Positions 42,001 to 51,590 of a DNA stretch of 64,000 nucleotides are shown in pieces. Made by a program: the position numbers and the translations under genes. Origin of the DNA: Dimorphilus gyrociliatus (lineage: Eukaryota > Animalia > Annelida); contig CAJFCJ010000012.1 in the NCBI GenBank assembly GCA_904063045.1, forward strand, positions 1,178,001-1,242,000. The letters run 5' to 3'. The notes under the pieces are model-generated. The model was given only the letters and a program-made list of their open reading frames with translations. It did not search any database and was not told the DNA's origin. How positions within the stretch are numbered: position 1 is the stretch's first letter; each line of letters opens with the position of its first letter.

Positions 42001-45000
42001 CGTATATACCCAGTCAATGTACAGGCAAGATTTATTAAAAGTTATTAATTTTCTGTTTACAAAATATGCTGATTATTACGCTTAAGCAAGTTTTAGCCCT
42101 CCATGGTGCGATGTAACAGATTACGTCTGACAAATATTCTCACGAGATACTGCTTGTGACAAACTACGTTAACACTGACGTCATAAAGACTCGCAACTTG
42201 ATATGTCATCGTTTTCTTCAACGAAAGCGTGAACAATACAAAAGAAAAATTTTTCCCTTTACTGTCAACTAAGAAAATTGTAACAAAACACTGTCATTTC
42301 TAATCGCCTTATCCGCTTAGGCTTAAATGTTTTCAGTTACTCAGAAAGTTCCAGTCGAAGCACACATACATTATTAAGAAAAAAGATGACCTTGGCTGCA
42401 AGCCACCTAAATGTCCTTAAAACATAAAATTCAAAGAGAAGACGGAAAGCTGGAGAAGTAGAAAGGATAAGAGGGCGTATATATGTGTGTGAGGCAGAGC
42501 GATAGAGATAAAGAGAAAAAGAGAAGAGGTAGGCAGGGTGGCACAAAAAGAAGGAAGAAATAGAAAGAGATAAATAAAAAAAGGTGGAAAGGGTATGTGA
42601 TGAGAGAAGAAAAAGATGAGAAAAGAATTTATTTTCGTTTTCCTTTTTTCTTCTTTTAAAACTCATTTTCTTCCTATCAAAAAAATATTCCACCAATCGG
42701 AAGCGCCCGACATTTACCCGAAGCGATAACTTCCAACGTTGTCGGTGTTTTTTAGCAGTAGTGAAAGAACACATATTTTCTTATGTAAGAGTAGAAGGAA
42801 TGGGAGAGAAAGAATATTTATACATATCGCTGTTTATATATATATATATATACTGTATATAAGTATATATATATGAATAGATAGAAATGAGACCATTTCT
42901 ATATTCTGTTTATTCGTTGTATGGAGCGGATTTCGTGCTTTTTTATGCTAGTAGTCAATAAATACAAAACAGCTCTTAAATGTTGTCCTTAAAGATTAAC
43001 TTTTTTCAGCTGATTATAAAGAACGAAAAAGAAAAAATAGAACCTCTTTATAAACGTCATCGAAATATATAGATATAAATATATATACCACTTATAAAGT
43101 GTTAAAATTCTGCCCAAATCTGATTTTCACCAGATAGGCTACCAACGCTTCCAGCTATAATGTCGCTTTACTAGGGCAAGTTCCCCATTATAGAAATTAT
43201 CCGAAACTTCATCTACGACCTAGATGTTAACGTTTTAGAGAAAAAAAGTGAAAAAAAAAAAAAGATTTCCAATAGCTGTGTAGCTCTCTAATTTAATTAT
43301 GGGTAAATCGACCGGGTATTTAACACACATTTTACTTAATTCAAAGACGAGGATGTACTTTAATCTAATAATACTTCCGAACAGTTCCTGTCTGTGGTCA
43401 AATAAGATAGAGCGTATACAATTAAAAATTAATTATACAACTACTAGTGCAAAAATTTCACGCAACGAAAACTCCTACTTACATAACATCCAACTTAAAA
43501 TTGATTATACTTACTAAAGTATCGTTATCCAATGTCTGCGAGAATCGATCCCTCATCATTCTCATGAACTCTGAAAAAAAAGGGAGAAAATCACATGATT
43601 CTGTCGTCGGAGCGTCTACATTGTGCGAATACCGATCAATAGATGCATCTAGAGGGCATTACTGTATACTATCTTGCCAAATATCATTTATGGTACGGAC
43701 TCTTAGTAAACATAGTTTATAATTAAGACAGCGGCACAAACCACCTTTAATCATTTAACTGAGAGTGCTTGTAGATAAAGGTATATTTTTTGGTTGACTA
43801 TTAATAAATGTGACAAATAAGGCACCTATACAGTAACACCATAACGGATTAAGAAGAAGACACGAACGTAACTATTTTCAGATAATTATCAGAGTGCTTA
43901 TTGATTATAGAAACCAAAGTAACCATAGCTAACTTAGTATTTCGGCTTCGAACAAGAATGGGTTGATACTCTTCAGAAATACAATAATAATTTACATATA
44001 ATATATTAAAACAGTTATGAAAACAAAAAGTTTACTTTTCGCTATATTGCAACGATACACTTAATAAAGGAGTCTCTATAAACTTGCACAGTAGAGACAT
44101 CTGCAAGGATTGTAAAGCATCCCTCAAAAAATAATCTTGGTCAGTAAAAAAAGAAACGAAAGGGCATTGATTCGTATCCAGGGCAGCAATTTCTATCTTA
44201 TAAAAATTAATATACAAAAGAGTTGTAGAAGAGGCGTATGAATAAAAAGACAAAATTTTAGATACTACTTTGGCTGGTGAGAAAATCAGTCAGGACGTCG
44301 AAGCCTGTTATTTATTTGTATTCTGATTGCGAATTCGTTTGGCGTCAATTTGCAACCCTAGCGTCTAAATATAGCTGAGAAAAGACTATATAGTTACCGG
44401 TATAGATTTGAATAGCAATAAAATAAAACGACTCCGTTAGGGCATAATACAATAACCAGAAGTAAATCAATTTAACGCTCAAACCTCTTATGAGTCAGAA
44501 GTCAAGCAAACGCAATTGAATCATCCTTGCAATTCGTAATGGCGTACCACAAGAGCTACTCTTGTAATTTCAAGAAAAGATTACAACAATCTATGAAGAT
44601 GCTAACTATTCCTTCCTCCAAAGCAAGTAAATTCGACTAATACTATCAGGAAAGACATAAGGAAAAATAAATAAGTAAAAATCAGACCACCCGCTACTAG
44701 ATCCTCATTTCCAAACAAAAATCTACAACTAAAAAGTTAGAATAATACAAGAACAAAAACAATATGAAAGTGAGCAAAGGTTTTTCTTACATCAAGCTGG
44801 TTAAGTATAAAATATATGAAAATACGCAATTATTTAGTATATATGTAGATGATGATATATATCTGTATAAATTTTATATTGCATATATATATATATTACC
44901 CATTCTATATATATATATATATGCAGAATATATATACATTTAGGATTGCGGGAGGCAGTATGCACATATATACATATATATATATTTGCCGCTTGTTCCA

Positions 45001-48000
45001 CATATTGTATATATATTTATTATAAACAAAAATATGCTTGTGCATTAACGTATGCACTCTCAGTTCCGGTGTAAACTCAACGGGAAAATTTTATTTCATG
45101 TTTATATTATCATAGACCTAAATATCCTGAGTATAATTATCATTTTTCCACTGTCTCCTTAAGAAGATTGGGATTAAATTTTATATTAGTAGGAAGAATT
45201 TCTTTAGACAGTCATCCAAAACCTAAAATCGTTGAAATAGAGCTACTTAACGGGTAAGCGGTTTCATCGATGAGGATCAACTTAAAGGGTAACTACATCA
45301 AAATATGCCATTACGATTGCGCATTTTTTTATTACGATTACTTCTCCAGTAAAAAGCGTAATACTCCGTACATAATTGCAAATTCATATACCGATTATTC
45401 ATTTAACGCAACAGCTCGTTAAGGTTGAAATAAGCCAACTAACTACGGCATAGGAAATAATTGCTTATTCCTAATTCGTTAAGTGGCGGTAAAGGGTTTT
45501 AGGAAAACAAGAGTACAGACAAACAATATCAATTGCCATATTCCGTAAGGCAGTGAAATCAATAAGTGAGCTTAGAATCTTTAGATATTGGACAATGATT
45601 GTAGTATGAAAAGCAATAGAAAACCCTACAAATTCTCGCTATTTGCATTGGCTAACATTTAGAGTGAGGAAAAAAAATGACAATAGAATTAAAACAAACA
45701 CGTTTTAGGCAAATTGGCGAGATAGAAACGAGGGGTAGGAGGGGTTTTGAAATTAGGTGCAGGGATCCAGGGGAGCAGAAGAGGGTAAAGATAAAAAAAA
45801 ACCTCTCTTGGGAGTCTTAGGTGTACTCTTTGGAGTATTCTTCGGAGTATTTTTTGCGCTCCTCTTCGGTGAAGCATCCTTTCGACGAGCTGGAGAAACA
45901 GCTCTGAGTAATCCGCACAAAGCCATAGACTGGCATGAACTGATTGGTGTCAGCAGCGCGTTTGCTGCTTCTTCTAAATGCCTCTAGCTTTACACGGGGC
46001 GGCGCTTTGCACGCTTTTACTTTTTCCAGCGCCTTGCGTAATTCTTTCCTCTTGATAGGAAATCGGTTGAATGATAAAAAATGACGAATTAGATAAATGA
46101 GAAACAACCAAATTTCCCTAATAAATTTTCAATGCAGTATGGAAAGACGGGTAAAAAGGGAAACACTGTAGTAAAGAACGATCGAAGAAAAGGAGAGAGA
46201 AGAAAGAAATGATTGTGGCTCCCCCCGCCCCATTCTCTATTAACTACCCAAGCAGCGCTATAGGCCGTTTATTTTTAGACCTTATTTCTTTCATCCCTCG
46301 TCCTATAAAACTTTCACTCGTCTACAGAAATATTTCCAATAATTAAACTGATCAAATGATTTGTTAAGATGGCTGCTGCCGTCACGTGATTAGATCGATG
46401 AATGATGCTATCCCAACTATAAAATAACGTTTAAATATGAAAAGGCTGAAAGATGCAGCGCTACCTACGGGGAAGACAGGTGCAACTCTAATAGGGTAAG
46501 CAAGTCAATTATTCACGAAGAAAGTGACTCCTTGATTTGCACGCCATAAAAATCACTGGACATATTGTGACCTGAAGGGTTTGTTTTGGACTTGCAAAAG
46601 CAACCACAATTATGGCAAGCCGGCGTTATTTCATCCTGTTTCAGAATCGATAGGGCAAATAACGCTTCAATATTTATTTCGTATCGTTTTGCAGTTGATT
46701 TCCTCTAAATATCTCGTGTAAATATTACGCACGCGACCTACATGCATACGAAATTGCGGATTGGTCGTTTTCGGACGGTTTAATAGGCCTATAAATTTCA
46801 ACTGGCGCTGACGGGCAGCAGTTTGTTTTCCCTTCTACTATCTAGGATTTTTACTGCCTTTGACAGAAGCGCGATTTTTATGTCAAGTGTTCTGTTTTAA
46901 ACCGTAGGTATAATATATCCGACATTTTTAGAGTGTGGCGTGCTTACAATGAAGTAATTTGCATCCTGTGCATCACATTGACAAAAAAATATACATACAA
47001 AGATTTCATTCTCAAGTTGTCATCATCTCCAAAATTGTTTTCCGCCCTTCGTTTGTTGATATCATATTCTGTTTTATACTATTAATTTGGCCTACCTAGA
47101 TATACACAGAAGTTTTTCATATACTTATATATATGGTAAATATATGCACACACACACTAAGTATACAATGTATATACTGTATTTTATATATCTATATCTA
47201 TAAAGCTTGTATTGTTGATTTATTTATAAGATATTTATAAAATTTATGAATTTTTCCACCTTGATAATTCCCTTTTATATTTTCACCTAATATTCACTAT
47301 TATCGTATCTCTAACTAGATAACTGTTATTTTTTGGTAGTAATATTTTACACAGCGGCGATTTAGACTGTTAGTGGTCCGTTTAAGGCAATTTATCAACG
47401 CTTCACCAAATTTAAATTCCCAAACGCTGCTTTAATCATACGACATCAATAATTAAACTCCAAACGATTTTATCTCGCAACAATCAACACATTTCTCTAC
47501 TATTTATCGAACTGCTCGCCTCATTCCACTGTTCGATATTCATTAACGAACGTGAAACGCTTATAAAAGCCATTCGAAAAGGGATATACAGTTAAAATAA
47601 AAACTGTCAATAACAGTCTACTACAATCTAATAACATCCGGTTTTGCATCGACATTATACAGATATTCAATGTCATTTGCATATCGACGGTGAAAACTGT
47701 CGCAAAACCGATCCGTAAACATACAGCATGTTGGACGAATAACAGCAACACAAAGCTGTATAGTATTTTAGCGCTGTCCTATGAAACGTTCCTTTGCGCA
47801 CGTGCCTATATTGACAAACTACACAAAACGAAAATTGATGCAAACTCTAGCCAGAGTGTGAACAATATAGTCAACTACAAAATCCTCTAACTTTTACGGA
47901 GGATAATTGAAGAACAAGACTTTCTTTTTCTTCTAAAGCAATCACCACTCACCTCCGTAATTAATTTTTCCATCGCCATTCAAATCGGCTTCCTTCACCA

Positions 48001-48885
48001 TTATATCAACTTCTGCCTTTGTTAACTCCTCACCTAGCCCTTTCATTGTTGTAAGAATATCGTCCCCATTAATATAGCCATCCCCATCTTTGTCGAAGGC
48101 ACGGAATGCTTGAAGCCATTCGTCCTCAGCCGATTGCATCAACCTCAAATCTTCCATTATTTCCAGAAATTCACTTAGTGTAATTACTCCGTCTCCTGAG
48201 CGAGTTAGGTCAATGCCAAATTTTCAGGGTGCAATAAGTGTGTTTCGTTTTTTTTTTTGTTTTTGTTTTTTTTAGATTTGTTTAGTTTGATTAGAATAAA
48301 AAATAGTGAGAGATACAAAGCATGCATATAGAGAGTATTTAGCAAATTCAGTTGGGGTTAGAAGGCAGTCATGAAAGAAAAAATGGCAATTTTCAGCTTC
48401 ATAGCAGAATGAAAGTTATATAATGAAACAAATACCGTCTACATCCACTAGATCAATCATTTGCTTTATATCTTCCTCTGAAAAGTCTTGACGTAAACCG
48501 TGCACGACGGTACTAAGTTCATCAGTGGTAATTTGCCCATTGCCGTCTTTATCAAATACGTTAAACGCTTCCCTTAGCTCTGTAGGCGCAAAAAAAAAAC
48601 ATAAAAGCTGAGAAGAAAACGTCTGGCGTGGCCCGTGGCTAAAAAAGAGACGCTATAAGAAGAAATATTGTCTTTTTAGACGCTTCGTTACTCATTTCCT
48701 GTTTTCTCCTAAACACGATTCAGACGGAAGACTCAATCCTGTTAGATTGTTGCAAACTATCCTAACCCTAATGATTGAGCAGTTGTAGCCAGGATAAAAA
48801 ACCTTACCAGTGCCTGGATTTGTAATATAAACTTGCACAAACCTTTAATTTCAGCTTCGGTAAATGCGTTACGAATGATATCATC
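30047..48885 (-). CDS. Multi-EF-hand protein made of five tandem calmodulin-like modules (at least 870 aa; start exon not pinned down)
   Basis: 22 exons, every junction GT-AG and in phase: 48843-48885, 48436-48579, 47953-48195, 43515-43570, 41703-41736, 39579-39722, 38035-38277, 37508-37554, 37224-37308, 37047-37156, 36872-36990, 36473-36502, 35948-36155, 35830-35881, 35598-35741, 35382-35500, 35000-35147, 34435-34490, 31487-31631, 30968-31111, 30189-30458, 30047-30075 (2613 nt, TAG at 30047-30049). Only module 5 is followed by a stop on this path. Confidence 0.85.
33337..33370 (-). CDS. Candidate alternative first coding exon giving a single-module (158 aa) isoform
   Basis: [14 protein letters not shown]+G|GTAGGT, 34 nt, phase 1, compatible with the acceptor at 31111; flanked by a CT/GA-rich tract. 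Confidence 0.5.
34435..35881 (-). CDS. Calmodulin-like module 4
   Basis: SLSDSQMQE|[24 protein letters not shown]|[11 protein letters not shown]|[25 protein letters not shown]|[19 protein letters not shown]|. Confidence 0.9.
35948..37308 (-). CDS. Calmodulin-like module 3
   Basis: DPEVRE|[43 protein letters not shown] (30-nt microexon 36473-36502)..[33 protein letters not shown]|. Confidence 0.9.
37508..41736 (-). CDS. Calmodulin-like module 2
   Basis: [12 protein letters not shown]|[24 protein letters not shown]|[32 protein letters not shown]|[16 protein letters not shown]| with phase-0 donor. Confidence 0.9.
37638..37658 (-). CDS. Candidate alternative first exon giving a three-module isoform
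   Basis: MFFFDGT|GTAATT, phase 0, compatible with exon 37308 (which itself starts with ATG); GA/CT tract at about 37770-37845 upstream. Confidence 0.4.
39010..39040. repeat. (TA)n microsatellite (one of many, e.g. about 20654-20675, 26852-26876, 28403-28427, 29537-29566)
   Basis: Directly visible. Confidence 0.9.
40115..40157 (-). CDS. Alternative first coding exon giving a four-module (711 aa) isoform
   Basis: [14 protein letters not shown]+C|GTAAGC, phase 1, compatible with acceptor 39722; an in-frame TGA two codons upstream of the ATG shows it cannot be an internal exon. Confidence 0.6.
42176..42183. promoter_or_regulatory. Full CRE (TGACGTCA) upstream of the internal start exon at 40157
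   Basis: Sequence match only. Confidence 0.35.
43515..48885 (-). CDS. Calmodulin-like module 1 of the penta-calmodulin gene
   Basis: FTEAEIKE|[24 protein letters not shown]|[31 protein letters not shown]|[19 protein letters not shown]| followed by a GTAAGT donor, not a stop. Confidence 0.9.
45753..45926 (-). other. GC-rich intronic small ORF or possible exon encoding S/T-P-K repeats ([42 protein letters not shown]...)
   Basis: Open frame with 9-12 nt tandem repeats; only a weak donor (G|GTTTTT at 45802). Coding status unproven. Confidence 0.3.
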
Positions 48886-49956
48886 CTGTTAAGAAAATAA
48901 TAAAATAAACTTGATTTAATTACCTAAACGATTTACGGGGAGTAAGCATATAGTAGCACATACAAATTCTATAAATATAGTATAAAGCCACTACGTAAAT
49001 TAAATTAAAGCTATAAATGCGTATACTGAAATTTAAATGTACAGGTATGGGACTTTTTCTTTTTCTGCATATTGCATGAATTATTTATAAGTGAGTTTTT
49101 AAAGAATCGAATAAGAACTAATAAATGTACCGTATATATATATTTGTATACAATATCTGTCATTTTGAAAACAAGACGAAGAAAAAGTCTATGAAAACGA
49201 CATCTATTGTACTTTTCTCTTTTTTGTCTTAATTAGTGTACGAAAATCTCATAGAACAAGGACACATTTTATTGCTTCAGCCAAAAAGACTTTGACTAAT
49301 TTAATCTTATATGACAAGTGAAAATTAATATATATATATAGGCTGTACAAGATGTTTGTTATATAATATTATTGGTAAGAGCAGAATGGAAATCAATTGT
49401 TGCAATCAGTAGAAACACTGTAGTCGCATTAATATCGATAGCATCTAATCAGATTTGTAGAAAGTGCAAAAATAAAAAAAAAAATTCATATATAAAAAAA
49501 AATATGCATGCTTTTGAAAGAAAAAGCGTTAAAAAACAGCAAAAAGATTATGCTGTACCAGCAGCAAAACATTTTTAAAAATAGTAATGCTGTAATCAGG
49601 AGAAATTCCTTTACATTTCAATCAATTTTGCGGTTAAGAATAATAATCAAGGAATATAAAAACGAGAAGCATAATTGAAGATAGCAATTCTTTTTCTCTT
49701 TACGATCGTGAAATCATCATTAATATACCTCTAAAACATCAACTAATTTCTCCGTCATTTCTTATTTAAATATATATTGTTAATTATATCTTTTATTGAA
49801 ATACGAAATTATGCCTGTGTAAAAAAGAACGATAGCAAGTTTATCAGAGAACGATTAAAGATTAAATAAATAAAACAAAAAAAATACCAATATTTGGCCT
49901 GTGTACGATATACATTCAATATTAATAACTGTTCACTCTCTTAAAATAGTACCGTT

Positions 49957-49964
49957 TGACGTCA
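49957..49964. promoter_or_regulatory. Full CRE (TGACGTCA) upstream of module 1
   Basis: Sequence match; lies about 40 bp upstream of a candidate start exon 49888-49915 (MYIVHRPNI+G|GTATTT, phase 1). Confidence 0.35.
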
Positions 49965-50800
49965 TAACCTTTATACAAGCTCTCCCCTTACAAATAAATG
50001 CAGGCCTTGAATAATAGTTCTTATAAGAAATTTCTCATAATGGCCCAAAAATCATGGGTTTATACTCGATAGTAATTATATTTATTATGCAATAAAGTCT
50101 ATTAATGCGTTCAGTTACCTTAAATATACGAAATCGAAACTGCAATTGCAAGTTATTTCGTTTGAATCTACTCCCAAAGTGCAACTCGCTGGTACGATTG
50201 CCCATTATTCACTGAAAAAAAAATTACAATGGTTATACTACTCTGTAAAAGGCTATGTAGTTTATTATCTAAGAGAAATTTAGTTCAATTTAGCACATGC
50301 CTCATGTCTATGGATTTTTTTCATGTGTGTAATGTTTCTGATGTGTCTGTAAATAAGTTCATATTATCGTGTTACAATACATTTTTAGCAATCATTAGGA
50401 CTACTTATATATGCATTAAAGAATCCCAATTGTCCAATACACGTACAGGAAAACTTTACTGACTATCAACAAATATTTATAAGCTTTTAGGACTTTATAA
50501 ATTACAAAATAAAAAAGCTATAAAAGTCATACTCTAAGCATGCTCGCTCTAAGTAAGGTTCTTAGCACTTTATTTAACTTAGAAGCTAAACGAATGAACG
50601 TGGAAAAGGTACCAGTCTTTTTTCAGTAGCATGGTCAAATGTTCAGTTGCTACTTGAAAAATTCGTATTATGGAAGAGGAGTCTTACCTTCCAATTATTG
50701 AAACATTAATAATAATCAGCTTGCTAACCAGTCGTATTTTAAGAAGTCGTGTTTAATAGTTGGCTTTTTAAATTCTTTACTACGAGAATAACCAAGTAAA

Positions 50801-51526
50801 ATGGCGGAAATTGCGCGGGAATCAGACTGGGAAGAAAGGGGGAATTTAAGTGAGAGAAGAGACGATTCAGAAACAAATAATGATGAAATTTCAACCAGGA
50901 AAGAGACGTTGAAAAGGTGCCGGAAAATTTTGAAAAACCTATGCGAATGCACTCAAAAAACTAATCGAATCGATATAATAGGAAATGGTTCTGTACCAAT
51001 GATTTACGAATTATTATCAAAATGCTTAATATCTAAGAAATTGAGTGCCAACGAAGAGGAGGGAAATAGCATAAATTGCTTCGTTTTTGATACAAAAATC
51101 CATTTTCGCTTCGAAAGATTACTGGAGACCATTAAAGAAAAGGTGGACAAAAGCGAGACAAATAAAATCTCTTCTCTTCTTGAGAAAATAACTTATTTAG
51201 AACAAGTCGTTACGGAACAATGGATTATAGGCTTTCATGGATGTAAAGAAAAAATTTACATGGACGAAACTATTGGTCTATTGATCATTTATTCTATTCA
51301 TCCATTCTTCAAATACATTGATTGCATATCGGATATACTCGATGAGATTGCTGAATTCATACCAGTTATTTGTATGTTAGATTACGAAATGCCACCCTCT
51401 TGGTCATTACCGTCCAGTTTATTCCATATTAAGGTTGATTGTAATTCAAACTTAGAAATAGAATGTAAAAGTTGTAATAAAATTAAAAAATATCAGAGTA
51501 CTAGCAAAACAGCAATACACTTTTGA
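50801..51526 (+). CDS. XRCC2: Divergent RAD51 paralog, XRCC2-like, intronless (241 aa)
   Basis: By-eye alignment to XRCC2 as I recall it: [14 protein letters not shown] ~ [37 protein letters not shown] ~ [41 protein letters not shown] ~ SLCLLILDSLSAFYWID. Good start context (AAAATGGCG). Needs HMM confirmation. Confidence 0.62.
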   Translation: [241 protein letters not shown]

Positions 51527-51590
51527 ATTGCAGACGACGGAAACTAGTGTTTTATTTACTAACTCCACAGATACGGCTATCGATTAAGAT

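Noticed and set aside
44771-44790. miR-87-like start GTGAGCAAAG (and miR-279-like TGACTAGAT near 4900)
   Set aside because: Only seed-length matches; no full mature sequence or hairpin.
47830-47950. Nearby terminal exons that would end calmodulin module 1 as its own gene (EFASIF.. or EDFVVD..)
   Set aside because: Weak acceptors and poor helix sequence compared with exon 43515-43570 (EFMRMM.., long polypyrimidine tract); cannot be fully excluded as minor isoforms.
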